Translations under genes and position numbers: made by a program
The notes under the pieces: generated by a model
Seen by the model: the letters and a program-made list of their open reading frames with translations, nothing else
What the model was told of the DNA's origin: nothing
Databases searched by the model: none
Shown here: in pieces, positions 12,327-27,732 of the stretch
Layout of the letters: every line of letters begins with the position of its first letter
Position numbering within the stretch: position 1 is the stretch's first letter
NCBI GenBank assembly: GCA_964016885.1
Contig: OZ024749.1
Location: 4,402,001 to 4,466,000 of the forward strand
Direction of reading: 5' to 3'
Length of the DNA: 64,000 nucleotides
Origin: Eledone cirrhosa
Taxonomy: Eukaryota

Positions 12327-13904
12327 ATCTATCTCTCTCACTCTCCTCTCTCGTACGTAGTATGCATGTATATGTATGTTTGTATATATATATATATGTA
12401 CGTATACGTGTCTATACATGTATGTAAATATATACATTCATTGTGTGTTACTAAAGTGTAATAGAAACACTACTACGAAGGACAGCAACAACACATAGAA
12501 ATGCTTATCTATATTAGTTTAATTGAAATAATCCCGTAATTCAAATGGGGAAAGAGCGTGACACATTACATAATGTGAATTGATCTTTTTATGATAAGTA
12601 CTGCGGAATTGCAACGATCCGTCCTCCTCCAAGATTCCGTCTCCTTAGATTAATCACACTACGGCTTCTAATTAGTACTAAATTCATACAGGCATTGACA
12701 CATCGTTGGATCCCGATTTCCTTCAAAGCAATTACTTCATAGCTGCGATTCTGACGGTGTGATTGATGAGGGATTATGTGTGAAGTGCGTCGTGGAAGGA
12801 TTGTCATAGATGTTGTTAGTATTCTCATCATTCCGGCTTTCCAGGCTAAATCTAACAGTATTTCTCACAATCCCAACTCACTTTATAAATGAAAACGAAA
12901 TATTTGATCCTCTAATTATCGACATATCCCGTAAATTATCAGAGAGCCACAAGAAACAAGATTCTTCATAGGATTTGCAGTCGCAGGATTGATATTAGAC
13001 TAAACAACGAATATGACAAAACTAATATCTTGATGTCGCAAACTGATGCATCTTGTGTGCACATCTTCCACTCGTAAAATACTGCACTGATACACGAATG
13101 GAATAGAAGACATTATTTGTGAAGCCAGGTTTTGAACACAGTGGCTTTGTGGCAAGTTCAGACAACTCAGCATTAAGAAAGTCGTTTACAATTACCTAAT
13201 TATTCTGTTTAATCAGTCCTACAGGGGATAGGTAACTCGTTATTAACAAAGCTACGTTGAGGAAGACGTGTGTTGAGTTGACTAGATCTGTTACAGGATA
13301 ATCTCTCTCAGTCTCTGAGTCCATTAAAACTAATAGCAATATGTGTTTCACAATTATTATGTACATTTAATATATGCATACATACAAAAATACATACAAC
13401 CATACATACGTATATACACATACATATGTGTGTATGTATTGGGTCGCCAAGTAGGGGATTTTTCCTTACAAATTTCTACAAATGTCATACTTGACCCAAT
13501 ATATATGATCAAATATACATGTTATTATTCACGATCAAGATAATATTTTGCAATCATACAAACATTCTCCACGTCCACACCATCCATGTGAATAAGAAAT
13601 GGTTTTACATGTATGGTATCTAACGGTGAAATGTTATGTTATCAAAACACGAAGACAATTTCCTTTTTTTCTTTACTTCAATTTATTATGATATATATCA
13701 TCTTTAATGTACATTTTAGAGGTATTAAATCGTTATTACATAATGAACACCAACCAGCGTGAAACAGACTGTCAGCTTCTCACCCGTCTTTCCCCGATAA
13801 GAAGTAAGTGATATAGTCACTACTTTAAAACTGATAGCGTATGATCTTCTAAATGTTGTTAATTAAACATACGCTATATTGCAAAATATACCATACATAC
13901 ATTC

Positions 13905-14345
<441 letters not shown>

Positions 14346-14514
14346 AAATATATATATGAATGTATGTATAGTATATTTGGCAATATAGTGTTTGGTTACA
14401 AAGCCGTGAAGGGGAACTGAAGCTCGGAATAGACGAACACTTCAAAAACATTATTTTTCGTCTCCTTGCTGCTCACGTTTGGATTGCTTCGGTAACGTGA
14501 CCTTATTACATAAT

Positions 14515-14613
14515 TGTTTCTACGTTAGGCACAAGGCCAGCAATTACCCAGTGTATTACTGGTACTTTATTTTATCGACCCCGTAAGGATGAAAGGTAAA
14601 GTTAACCTCGGCG
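14515..14613 (-). mobile_element. Truncated SINE
   Basis: Reverse complement of the SINE 3' half; flanked by duplicated GTGACCTTATTACATAAT. Confidence 0.85.
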
Positions 14614-14768
14614 GTGACCTTATTACATAATGATGCTGTCTAATGCGATCACGACTCTAGTTACGTGAAAGCACGTGCCAGTGTCGTCATTGAAATATGT
14701 TTCACAGCCTTATACATAAATGACTCTTTAACATCTACAACAACTTCGCATTGTACTTATGCTATATG

Positions 14769-15270
<502 letters not shown>

Positions 15271-15331
15271 AAAATATTTGTTTTGACTCACGATTTCATA
15301 TTGAAAACCTCGCAAAACTAATTCATCACCG

Positions 15332-15380
<49 letters not shown>

Positions 15381-15760
15381 CAAAATTGAGGTTGGTAATG
15401 GCACATGGAATATATAAGAGACAGAATACTTTTTTGTGAAAAAACATAATTTTATAAGGTAAGGAAATAATAAAGGGTATAAAAAATGACCGGTTTCGAT
15501 GGGTCTGCAAAAGCCATCTTTACAAATGTTGATTAATATTAAGAAAAATTAATAATACGAAGAGTTAAAATTTGAGATTTGAAAATTCAAGTATAAAATT
15601 CATTGTGGGATTTCATAGTAGTTTTCATCTTGGTAGCAACAAGTTGACTGCTGTATTATATGTTTTTTCACAAAAAAGTATTCTGTCTCTTATATATTCC
15701 ATGTGCCATTACCAACCTCAATTTTCTCTATAACCTTCGTTTTGTGTAGAAAATTACACT

Positions 15761-15796
<36 letters not shown>

Positions 15797-15974
15797 GGGG
15801 GGAGGGGGGGGCTGTTTGTGTGAAGGTAGATAAAGTTTTGTTTATGTATATCAGGAATGAATGTTTAAACAAGAAAGCTGCTTACAGGAAAGTTTGACAC
15901 AACGGTTATAAATCATATAACATAAATATCCAAGTAGGGGAATATGGTAGATAGGTCCAGCAGAGATGACGGAG

Positions 15975-17290
15975 TATATTAATATAAGCAAGTATTGCAC
16001 CAAAGAAAATAAAACATCGGCGTGAAGCGATTATGAATTTATTTTCTTTAACATATGTTTTTGCGTCTATTTAATTGCCTACATATGCTGACTATAATAT
16101 ATATATTGTTCAATCATATGCAATACTTAACTATTTATTACACTTCATCAGAAACCCTATAGTAGAGCAATTCAATTGTTCACTACGAGGTAAAATTGAA
16201 TAATGAGATTTTCGTTTAAGAAAATGTAAATAAGTTAAAATATCATGAAATACAGTAAGTTGGTGTGATAGTAGAAATCCCACCGTTGTTCTCTATCGGG
16301 TAAATGCTTATACAAAAATATAATTTATCAATGTGTCGTAAGAACTAAACCGGGAATATAAAACTATATGGGTTTCACTTCGAATATTTTCAAGAAAAGA
16401 TGATATGTGCACACCTACACATTATAAAACCCCAGTTGTTTGGCGAAATGAATCTGGCATCTGAAACGCGCCAATATTGAATACACACTTCAATGGTCAG
16501 TGTTAAAAAACGTCCGTCCACACCGGAATGAAAGACGCACATGTCAAATATACATGGTGGAAATAATTGAAATAACGACTGGAAAGAACCTTCTAAATTC
16601 CTTGCACGATAGGATATTTAATTGCAAACACAAAGTTCTAAAAACCTTCGCTAAATACAAACTGGACTAGAACAAAATTCGATCACTAATACCTAGATTT
16701 TACTACATCCTATTTAATACATTTTCTGTGGCATTTGAACTTTTCACACCCAATGAATTCAGTAGTATTCAAAACAATCCCATTTTCTAATTCCGTTCCT
16801 CCTCTGCTTACCCACTCTAACCCATTCTTAATCTCTACATTATTTTTCTCCATCCCTCTCTTTATAACCTCTCTACCCCATACATGGTAAACATCAAAAC
16901 CTTCACCTATAACAATGGCCCACGAATAATTGTTCCACATCACAGCACATGGATTGATAGCGTGAAACTCTTTACCTTCATTTCTCCCCTCTCTACAATC
17001 ACATTAACTTACTGTATTTCATGATATTTTAAACTTATTTACATTTTCTTAAACGAAAATCTCATTACTGAATTTTACGTCGTAGTGAATAGTTGAATTC
17101 CACTACTATAGGCTTTCTGATGAAGCGTAATAAATAAAAGTATTGCATATGATTAAACGATATATATATTGTAGTCAGCTCATGTAGACAACTTATAATA
17201 GACACGGAAACATATGTCAAAGCAAATACATTCACACTCTCTTCACGCTGACATTTTATTCTTGGTGCAATATTTGCTTATATATATATG
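15975..17290 (+). mobile_element. Decayed PLE: inverted pLTR (15975-16260), GIY-YIG remnant (16270-16660), pLTR (17010-17290)
   Basis: Translation CSLSGKCLYKNIIYQCVV...YMGFTSNIFKKR...IWHLK...LQWSVLK...LLN...CKH with stops; the flanks are inverted copies, each with an HHR motif. Confidence 0.8.
17112..17223 (+). ncRNA. Type I hammerhead motif with long stem II extension
   Basis: GCTTT-CTGATGA-A-GCGT...ACAC-G-GAAA-CATATG-TC-AAAGC; damaged inverted copy at 16046-16155 has ACGC. Confidence 0.75.
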
Positions 17291-17588
17291 TCAGTAGATA
17301 TATTAATTCTTTATAATTATCTCCAAATTATTTGTTGAGCAAAATTTGCCGAAATTACTACTGTGATTAATAGAAGTGGCTAGGCTCTGTCTTAATAGCA
17401 CCCCCACTCCTAGCTGATTAACCTCAGTGTCACGTGATTGATTCTTTTGAATTTGGCACTTGACCAAGTAGGCAGTGAATTATTCAATGTCTTGGAATCT
17501 AGCCCCGCTCGCTTTTTTCCATCCACTGAATTATTTTTATATAAGTTCCCAGTGTCCCCGCATTGGCTGGAAACTTAGCTGAGGATAG

Positions 17589-17669
17589 ACTCCCTGATGA
17601 CGTAAGGCTTCTCTATGGGTACACTCCGTAACCATATTTATCCCCTTACAGAAACTAATTAGTTGGAGT
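17589..17669 (+). ncRNA. Type I hammerhead motif with extended stem II
   Basis: ACTCC-CTGATGA-C-GTAAGG...CCTTAC-A-GAAA-CTAATTAG-TT-GGAGT; all three helices perfectly paired. Confidence 0.85.
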
Positions 17670-17829
17670 GAAATTTTAGTAAGTCAATTTTCATAACTTT
17701 CTTATTTACGTCCTTCATATAATTGTTCTGCATCCCCTTGCATAGAACCACAAAGTTACTAAGATAAATCATATATATTTGCTAACATAGGTATGCATCT
17801 GTATACATATGTCGGTAGATATATTAATT

Positions 17830-17887
<58 letters not shown>

Positions 17888-18484
17888 AAAATTAAGATAG
17901 ATTAAATTAAATTAAATTAAATTAAATTAAGGGTGTCATGCCGGATAGACATGCGCCATATCACCCGTAAAATATGCTCCAAGATTCTAATGAATAGATC
18001 CGAGTATTTTATATCAACTAGAAATTGATTGATACAGCACGTGTTACTAGACAGTCGCTGATTTGAATTCGATGCGTAAACATAGATGGTTGGACCTCTT
18101 CCTTGTTGAAAATCCAGGATCTCGCTAATTTCGTTTGCCAATCGATTAATTGGTGAAATATATTTCTTTGATGGAATATATACAAGGAAGATTAATCATT
18201 TTATAAGGTATCAATTTTTGTAGTTCGAGTTAAACTTTATTTAGTTACCTACCTAGCTATGTGTGCTTACACACTTTTACAAATTATCCCCTGTGATTGT
18301 TTCATATGTTTATTTATATGTCAATCAATTTCTAGTTGATATATATATACAAACCATGTTTGTTTGTGGGCATATATATTACGTATATAAATTTATGTCT
18401 CTATTTGTACTATTTAGGCCTGCGTCTAAATTCATATCTGATATCCCTTCAAATGAATTAATATATATATATATATATATATAC

Positions 18485-18651
18485 ATAATATATGTAGTAA
18501 GAAACAGTAAATCGTGTGTCTAATATTACGAGGGTTGAAGAACCACATTTGTTTGAAATATTTAACCATAAATATTTCAAACAGATGTGGTTCTTCAACC
18601 CTCGTAATATTAGACACACGATTTACTGTGTTTCTTACTACATATATTATT
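18485..18651. repeat. Near-perfect palindrome with ~80-bp arms and a ~4-nt spacer
   Basis: ACAGTAAATCGTGTGTCTAATATTACGAGGGTTGAAGAACCACAT followed by its reverse complement. Confidence 0.95.
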
Positions 18652-19631
18652 ATAATGCTTAGTATTTATATTTGAGCTTGTTAATTACAGGGTTTCAGTA
18701 TGAGTTATTAACTCTATCTTTCATTTATATATATACATATACATACATACATGTATATACATATATAATATATATAATATATATATGTGTGTGTGTATGT
18801 GTGTTTATGTGTTTTTTTTTGTGTGTGTATGTGTATGTGTGTGTATGTGAGCGATTGTGTGAGGAAAGGGGAGAGAGAAAGAGATATTAAATTAATGTTA
18901 AGATTCCTCATACAATCCGACATGAAGCTTGAACTTAATTCGTAAAGCCATTACTGTATGTTTCCATCCAAACTATCAGCTAATAGCCTTAACACATATT
19001 ACTACACCTAGAATCTCTTTATCACATCATCATATTATTTTTAAATACGTTCCGCTATTAAGTGAAGTAAAAGTTTTATGTCGTTTCCCTAATCTAAAAT
19101 GGAGTTAGGAATGGAAATTTACGAAATTGAATTTGAAAAAAATGTTTTTTCTTTATAAATATTTAAATCCTGTTATATCCTTTTATAAAAATATATCCAT
19201 TTAACTGTATACTTATAATGCATACACACATTCAGGTAAAATTACATACACATGTGTGTATCTTCACATTTGTACATATTACACACATACAAACATACAT
19301 GCATACATACATATATACGAACACACATGCATGCGTACGCATAAGTATGAATGTATGTATGCATGTATGTCCGTATATATATATGTATCTATATGTATGC
19401 ATGTGTGCATATATGTGCATATAAATATATGTATGCATGTATATCCGTATATAAACATATATGTATATGGGTATGTATGTATATGTATGCATGTGTGCAT
19501 ATAAATGTATGTATGCATTCATATATTTCAAAATAATAGTTTACATAGATGCATACATACCTACATACATACATGCAGACATTCATGTATATGCACTTGT
19601 AAGCACACATGCATATATATACATACATACC

Positions 19632-19662
<31 letters not shown>

Positions 19663-20039
19663 AATACGGATATACATGCATGCATACATTCATACATATG
19701 CGTACGCATTCACACCTTATATATACACACATATCGGAGTACAAGTGCAAGCATATGTACATACGTACAAGACTAAAGGGATGAGAGTAAAACATGGAGA
19801 TGTGTCAACAGCTCCGGAATCTATGGAAATAAGACTGAAGATATAATCTCACATCAGTGTGAAAATGTGATAATGTTTCCTAACGTGTAAGAGGGGACCG
19901 ACCACGACCCTGAAAGATACTATCACTAAGAAACCTTCACCATTATGACTTTAATTGAAACATAATTAATCCTGTAATTAAACAGAATACACGCGACCAT
20001 TAAGGTGTTAAATCAGATGAAAGAATGGTATTTAACTAA

Positions 20040-20445
20040 TGTATTGGTACACGATGGGGCCCACCCACAATCCCGGCGGAAAAAAGGCAGAAGGCGTTTC
20101 CCCGGAGGACGGCAAGGAGGACGCGCTGGAAAAGCCACTCCAACTCGCGGGGCTCTCACCTGTGGCTGGCCAGCTCAGTGCCTATGGTGGTGATTAAGGA
20201 GGTATCCCTGGGGCCGAGGACACCAGAAGTCTCCACTGCCAGGGGTACGAGCGTAAACCTGTCGAAGAGCGACCGGTATTTGAGGTGTTTGTCCCCCCTC
20301 AGCCCGACGTGCAGCAGAACTTGGGTCAGTCGCAGACTGCACCAGTTTGCGACTGCAGAAAGTGTCGGTGCACGTGGCATCCCAGACGAGGAGTTTTCCA
20401 CCGCGGGACGGGAAGATGGTCATGCCATCTGGCCTTTTGAGAAGG
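20040..20445 (-). mobile_element. CRE-like non-LTR retrotransposon fragment (restriction-like endonuclease end)
   Basis: KRPDGMTIFPSRGGKLLVWDATCTDT...KHLKY...LVPLAVETSGVLGP (PD..D type RLE), frameshifted; GC-rich island. Confidence 0.75.
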
Positions 20446-21227
20446 ACCATTATAATTACAGGTACAATAATATTAACAGGCTTCCATGTAGTTTCCATAT
20501 TCTTAAATAATCATCACATTTATACGCCCGTGACTCCTGTTAGATTCACAGCGGCGACGTATTAACGCACGGCGTTTCTTTGGCATTTTAAACCAGGTGG
20601 ACCCCATGCCTCTCCAGCAGATTTCTTCCAGAGAGAGGAGGATTCGACTCCAGTATTACACTTGAAAAGATGAAAGGCAAAGTTAACCTCGGCTTGATTT
20701 CGACTCTGAGAGCCGGAACAAATACTGTAAAATATTCTATCCGACTATCTACAGTCACACTATGGCATCTAATAAACAATTGGTTGTAGACACATCGTGG
20801 AAAGGTAGTTTCTTACAGTTTTCCACGCACTGCTTCTCTGCGTTTGTGACGGTGTGAGTGTCAAAGGTGTGTTTGTTCAACCCGGTGCGGAGTGGATATT
20901 TCTCACGAGAATTAGTCTTCGAAACAGAAAAACTGGGCAATCTCTAAACTGAAGATAGATTTTAGCATAGAAAATAAAGTATTGCTTTGAGGTGAATGTT
21001 GTTCTTTCCTAGTAAATGCTTAGTAAAATGTAGGCTTAACAAATCTTATAATGGTCTGGTGGGGTAGAAGCTAAGCTGTAGGGCAGATGTTCTTAAATTC
21101 TTTGCCACAACCCCCAACCCCCACGGTGACGTAATATCCACAGCACCCATCAACCCTATTTCCAGAGAGACCTGCCTACACAACAATTGTAAATAAAAAT
21201 AAAAGCGTTACTTTATATATAATAAAT

Positions 21228-21330
21228 AATTGTTTCTACTTTAGACACAAGGTCAGCAATTACCCAGTACATTAATGGTACTTTATTTTATAGACCCTGT
21301 TAGGATGAATGCAAAGTTACCCTCGGCGGC
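21228..21330 (-). mobile_element. Truncated SINE
   Basis: Reverse complement of the SINE 3' half. Confidence 0.8.
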
Positions 21331-21864
21331 CTTTCATCCTTTATATATAATAAATAATAAAATATATACTACGTATATATAATATTATGTGATTTTTCAG
21401 GTAAATCGTTGAAACTGAAATCTGATGAGCGTATTTTAATGTTTTTGATCTCTTCTCATTCATTCTATTTCATCTTTCCTATCATCTCTTCGAATCAACT
21501 CGCAACAAGCTGCTGATTTCTATCCTTCGATGTAACGTTATACTCAACGCCGCTTCGACGGCAGAGTTTGCTGTTTTAACAGCTTCCTTATGCCGATTTG
21601 TTTACATTTTCATACGAGTATATATATTTTTGTTTACTATAATATGTATCATTTGCTATTTAATATACTAGTATATCATCTCTACCCCCAGTGCCCCTGG
21701 ATCTTCTCAACACATCCCACTCGGGGGACAGCAACGCCTCCTTTGAGAAACTTTACAAAGTAGTGAAAATATAAGCATTTATGCTTGATAAATATTGAAA
21801 TGCTGGGAACCTGAAAGTCAGAAAGAATAGGCTGATAATGATACTAATATTACAAGATGTCAGT

Positions 21865-22030
21865 GGGGGTGGTGAGATGGCTGTATTGGTAGAGCGTCCG
21901 ACAAAGTTTGTGGCACAGAGTTGCGACCCCTTATGGTGTTAGTAAAAGAAAGTGCCAGTTACTCATAGGAGTCGATTTAATTGACTTCCCCCTTTCGTTC
22001 AAATTCCTGGCCTTTTGTTAAATGTAGCAT
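21865..22030 (+). mobile_element. Decayed SINE
   Basis: GGTGAGATGGCTGTATTGGTAGAGCGTCCG head and GTCGATTTAATTGAC body; another relic near 23090-23230. Confidence 0.6.
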
Positions 22031-22542
22031 AAATTATAACACCGTACCCACTACGGAGTTTGAGCCAGGATTCTAAGGTTGTGAGTTCGATTCCCGAAGA
22101 CTCATGTGACCCTGAGCAAAGCAATTTATTTCATGTTACATCAATCCACATAGTGGCAGCTTTAATTCATAGGGCCAGAGAGTAAGGCACAAATTGTCAT
22201 TCTACATCTCCCTGTGAATATCCGTGGAATCCTCATTCTCTTTCACGTTAACTTCACAATCCGTTGTTTCACTGGTCATAACCAGACCTATCAACTCTCC
22301 CGTCCGACGAGGGGATATCCCATCCACTTTACGGTGGGTTAGGGTTGTCTTCTCTTGTGAAAATGGGTTAAATCTCCCAATTTTCCCTCATTTCTCCCTG
22401 TTTTGGGTAACTTTTGTTCATGTTACTCCCCGTCTGCGTAGCATCTGCAACTTTTGTCATCGGAACCTACAGAATGCCGTCCTGTACATAAGGAGGCAGC
22501 AATGAGACTACGGAGATATGTAATAACACCTGGCATGATTAA

Positions 22543-22963
22543 CCCTTTAGTGTTCAAACCGGCCAAAACCGGCCAGAATTCTCTACCTCTATCTGTTGAA
22601 ACTGGCTGTAACTGGTCACTCAAACTGATGTTAAGGTATTGTTCTCAAAATAAATACCTCCAAAATCTCATAGATTCGATATTATGTGAGATAATTATGC
22701 GAGGTAAAGCATTTACCATGAAAATATAATAGTATATATAAAATAATTGTTTCTACTTTAGGCACAAGGCCAGCAATTTACCCAGTGTATTACTGGTACT
22801 TTATTTTATCGAGCCCGTAAGGATGAAAGGCAAAGTTAACCTCGGCGGGATTTGAACTCAGATCGTAAAGGGTGGTAACTATGCTGGAAAACATGGCGTC
22901 CGACCCTCTACCGACACTGCCGATCCACCATAGTATATACAAAATAATGTGAATACTAAAGGG
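22543..22963. mobile_element. piggyBac-type MITE (TTAA target site duplication) carrying a nested SINE
   Basis: TTAA|CCCTTTAGTGTTCA ... TGAATACTAAAGGG|TTAA. Confidence 0.8.
22748..22929 (-). mobile_element. Full-length SINE with 19-bp target site duplication
   Basis: ATAGTATATA(T/C)AAAATAAT at 22729-22747 and 22930-22948. Confidence 0.9.
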
Positions 22964-23843
22964 TTAAAGATATTTAGCCTGTATTAGTACCATGGTAGAC
23001 TCATATACAGACATACAAGGGTGGGGGGTTGGTAGTATCAATAGAGAATTGAACATTATGCTTCGCGTCATAGAGCTATGGGCCTTTATGTTCCGAGTTC
23101 TCATCACGTCGTAGTTAGCTTTGCCTTTCATCTTTACGAAGTCGATAGAATACATTACCAGGAATGTGCTGCAGTCGATTTAATCGACTGGTCCCCTCCT
23201 CTCAAATTGTTGCCCTTATAAGTAAATCAGGAAGTGTTTATAGACATACAAATATATAACTGAGAGACCCACACTGGTTTTTATCTTATGATATACTGCA
23301 TGATATAAAGGTTTACTGTGATGTTGTATAAAGATGGAGCAGGCTGTACCAGTGTCCAGCACATCTCAGTATTCAGCTCTAGTCAAATGATGGTTAAAAT
23401 CACAAAGAATATGTTATAGAACACATTAGTACCAATATAAAACATCGCTAGTTTGTTAGTCTTTTATTTAACAGATCTCTCTGTTAAAATGCATTTAATA
23501 TTTGCATCGTATTAATTTGTTTGAAAATCCTCTGTTGTTCTAGGCCTCACGGTGATTAAATATGTGTATGTAAGCGGTTGTTGAAGAATCCATAATTAGG
23601 ATGAAACTAAGATATAACCGATCACAACGAGATTGTATAAACAAAAGGGCAGCCTGTTCGGCTGTGCAACGCATCTAAGTGTTTTTTTTTCTTGATTTTA
23701 AACCTATAGGGATAGTTTTAACTATTACTTTATTCTATAGAACAACATAGCAACAAATTGAATCACACGATCATCCAGTTCCACACATGCTAGACTATGC
23801 ATCAATGCACACATTTATTTTCAATCAGGTCTGTGAAGATAGG

Positions 23844-23887
<44 letters not shown>

Positions 23888-23891
<4 letters not shown>

Positions 23892-24720
23892 CAGATTAAA
23901 GTTTAAGCAAAGAATCGCTGCTTTCACCCTTAACGGGATCTTCTGAAACTAACAAAGTCAATCTGTAAACGCAGAAGTGGATATTTAAAAAAACGTTGCA
24001 ACCGGAGGAGGACAGGAAGACGGTACTTTGGTTCGTGGAAACGTTCCCTGGCAAATAACGGGAAATAAACGAAGATAATACGTCATTAATAGGAGCGGTG
24101 AAAAACAATTACACGCAAAGACAGGACCACGTTTATGGTATAAAAGAAGTCGTAGACTAATGTTCTCTTAGGTGGTTCATAGAAACGTTCTCTGGCAATG
24201 AATGGTAAAAACGAAGATAATACGTCATATGTGGTGCATGGAGAACAATTGCACGCAAAGACAAAACCACGTAAATGGTATAGCTGAAGTCGTAGACTAA
24301 AATTCTAACTAGGAAACCGAATGATTCTCCGCTTCAGAGTTAAGAATAAAGTAAATAAAATACAATGCAGGGGTAATTGAAATGAAATAAATATATATAC
24401 ACGCGTCCAAATACATACATACACAAGCATACGCGAAAACAATCGCCATAGGTATACAAAAGCACGCACATATAAATATGTGTGTGGGTGTGCGTGTATA
24501 CAAATATATAAATAATTAAATAAACGTATATAAATAAATAAATACGTATATAACAAGCGCACACACACATACCTACATGTTAATACACACATATTCGGAG
24601 ACTACGTCAACCAAAACATGAAGTACACATATACACACACCCTACCTGTGTACGAAGCCGCATACTCACACAGACGCAAAACACCCTTATACACATAACC
24701 AAAAGCATATGTACCAGAAT
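23888..24720 (-). mobile_element. Non-coding 3' region of the PLE family at 7480-9361
   Basis: Colinear similarity to 7485-8430. Confidence 0.85.
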
Positions 24721-24739
24721 ATTATTACTATATATACAC

Positions 24740-25040
24740 TGAAAAACTCAGAGCTGTTTGGGAGCATCCCAAAAGTCAGCTCAAAAGTGACACAGAGAAG
24801 ACTGAGGTTGGCTGGACATGCTCACCGACATCCAGAGTTGACATTGCACTCAGTGCTCCTTTGGGAGCCCCTACATGGACACACTAGAAGAGGAAGATCA
24901 AGGTTAACATATGTTGATGCCCTAAGGACAGACACTGGTCTGTTGGAGATGCAGGATATGGCAGCGATAATGAGGGACAGAGACCGCTGGAGAGAGCTCG
25001 TCCATGGATCTCGGGAATTTTACCCGCCTTAGATAGATAG
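24740..25040 (+). mobile_element. RTE-clade LINE 3' fragment
   Basis: ELFGSIPKVSSKVTQRRLRLAGHAHRHPE...LLWEP.HG...RGR...TYVDAL...DRDRWR, followed by an (AGAT)n tail. Confidence 0.85.
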
Positions 25041-25057
25041 ATATATATATATATATA

Positions 25058-25750
25058 CAGGATTTTCTCCAAAATTGATATCATTTGAGATGTGAATATC
25101 TCAAAAACCACACGACTTAGGCAAACGAATAGGCTTCATGTTAAACAATACAACATTTATTTCTCAAAATTCGAACAAAGTTCAGGGAGATGTTGATTAT
25201 ACAACCGATTTCGCATAAAGATTTTTAGAGATTGCACAGAACACATTCACTTTCGGCGAGTCCTTCATGTGCTCAAGTGTGGGATGGGGATTTTCTTCCC
25301 CCCCCAAATGCGAACATTATGCTTGACTTTGCTATTCGTACGAAATGTGAACTTCACGTTGCAAATAAGACGCTTTTCGAAATTGTTTACAACATATGAG
25401 CACTATGGGTTTCCAGAGATGATCTTCTTACAGACTTTCTGTCCCTTCACTCTGTACATCAAGCCTTTTTCTTTGAAGTCGTTGTGCCATGTCCATAGCT
25501 GCTTCCCAGATTGTGTATTCTTATTGAATTTTCTCGGAAATGCACGCTGCACACCCTTGTTTCAGTGTGTTCAAGCATATTCTAACACATAAAATGCTTG
25601 TTCATTTTTAGTGAACGCTGTTCTTCAATATGAAAAAAAAAAAGAAACATTTAACTTTAAACGTGGTTAGTTTTACAAATGAGATCATTTTAGCAAGATC
25701 TGGCTGTGTTATTAGACTACGAAATGATGTCTAATTTAGGGGACACCCTG
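25058..25750 (-). mobile_element. Internally deleted Tc1/mariner-superfamily transposon
   Basis: TA-flanked imperfect TIRs CAGGATTTTCTCCAAAATTGATATCATTT and CAGGGTGTCCCCTAAATTAGACATCATTT; minus-strand remnants VQRAFPRKFNK...LWTWHNDFKEKG and WGEENPHPTLEHMKDSPKVNV. Confidence 0.8.
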
Positions 25751-25871
25751 TATATCGAAGATTTTCAGCGGATAATAGAAAGTAGAAAAAGTTTGTGAAG
25801 TTGAATAAGAAAAAGAAGAATTGTATTATTTCAACGAGGAATCTATTTTCTGAGAGAGTCAGAATATTTAT

Positions 25872-26135
25872 AAATAATTGTTTCTACTTTTTCCACAAGG
25901 CCAGCAATTATCCAGTACATTACTGGTACTTTATTTTATCGACCCCGTAAGGACGAAAGGCAAAGTCAATTAATTGTTTCTGCTTTTGACACAAGGCCAG
26001 CAATTATCCCAGTGTATTACTGGTACTTTATGTTATCGACAACCGTGAGGATGAAAGGCAAAGTTAACCTCGACGGGATTTGAACTCAGACCGTAAAGGC
26101 TGGAATGCTTGGCGTCCGACCCTCTGTCGATACTG
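25872..26135 (-). mobile_element. Two SINE copies in tandem
   Basis: SINE 3' half repeated at 25872-25968 and 25970-26135. Confidence 0.85.
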
Positions 26136-27668
26136 AATAAACATACAGGAAAAATGCATGATTCTGGGTAATGTAGGTGGAAGTATGCTCGATGACAAGT
26201 GCGAGAACACAGGTTATCTTTAATTAGAACAGCGAAAATAGGGTAGTTCTAAAATTTGCAGAATTATTGAAGTTTAATCTGGTGGGATTGTGGAAGGCAG
26301 AACTGCTTGTATCGATCGAAATTCCCCATTTTTGAGAGTATGTTGTAACAAATAGAGGAAGGCAGCTTATTCACTTTACGTTTTCACTAAGAATGTTTCT
26401 GCATGGTGAACAGATTTTGATATCGCTTTAGTGCTTGGTTTTGAATATTTAATTTACTGTTAATATTTCTTGAAGCTGAAATATTTATTGAACAAATGTT
26501 TTGTACTGCTAGCTGTCTTTCTTATACATATACCATTACAAAAGTAGTTAAACTATCTATCAGCAATTTAAACCTGAGACGAAATAAATGGAAATAACAG
26601 TCATTTTTTATGAGACAAGTACGCGAGTATTAAATAAAATATAAAAGCAATAATCTGAAAGCTGATTCCCTAAAGTATTTATACAGTCTATAATCTGAAG
26701 TTCTGTATATGAACAATAGTTAAATTTCATCGTTTCAATGATGTCAAGCAAACTTAATAACTTCTGATATCATTTGCACGTTGGCTTGCTATCAGCAAAT
26801 ATTCTTCAATTCTGAAACGGTTATTCAATCATTTGACATCTCTAAGCACGGAACACAAGAATTGTGTGTAATAGATAATAAAAGAAATAATCAGTTTGTG
26901 CAAGCAAAGAGGATGGAGACTTGAAGGAATTACTACGAACATTGTTTCGTTACTTTAGTAGATAGCTTTCCTAATCATTGATCAGAGATGTGATGGTGAA
27001 ATATTAAGTAGTGTTAATACTATTATACACAATGTCATCTCTAAATACCGGATACTAATTACTACCAACTTAGCTACTGGATGTAATGCCACTCAAAATT
27101 CTGTTCCATATCTACGTTAATATCTTGGGGCTATTCTGACAATGTAATGGGAGATATCAGTCAATTATATCTTAGTGGGGAGAGGTGCTTGCGTATCTGC
27201 TATTTTAACATTCGTATAAAGGTCTTCAGAAAACCGTATTGTTCTAATTGAAAATGTTCTTATAATTAGATTAAAGTGCTTGTGTTGGCTTAGCTCGATC
27301 GTGAATCGCCTACTTATAACGATTATCTGCAACGCATTGATGTATGTCGAAATTCCGACTTAGTACTTGTGATTGTTTCACGTTAAAATTGAATTGGTTC
27401 TCTTAACTAAGCTGCGTATTCAATAAACGGAGGTGTATGACAGTTCCTTTCAAAAGGTGACCTCATATATCACAGGAAATAGTGTACAGTTTAACCCTTC
27501 GAATTTCTAATTCAGCCAGCGTCAATATATAAGAATGTTTCAGGAATTCGTATTCTAATTTAGCTAAGTTCACATTCATTGAGAATACTCTGAAAGGTTC
27601 TACTTGTAAAGTATTGTTTCCTTACTGCGCTGTTCAAATACACTAGATATTTCGCTGTGACACACCCT

Positions 27669-27732
<64 letters not shown>

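Noticed and set aside
12560-13320. Higher-complexity stretch as a host exon (similarly 32750-33125 and 39850-40030)
   Set aside because: Stops in the frames I read and no recognisable motif or convincing splice pair; needs BLASTX or RNA-seq
21085-21735. Possible hAT-type MITE
   Set aside because: Terminal inverted similarity is too short and no 8-bp TSD was found
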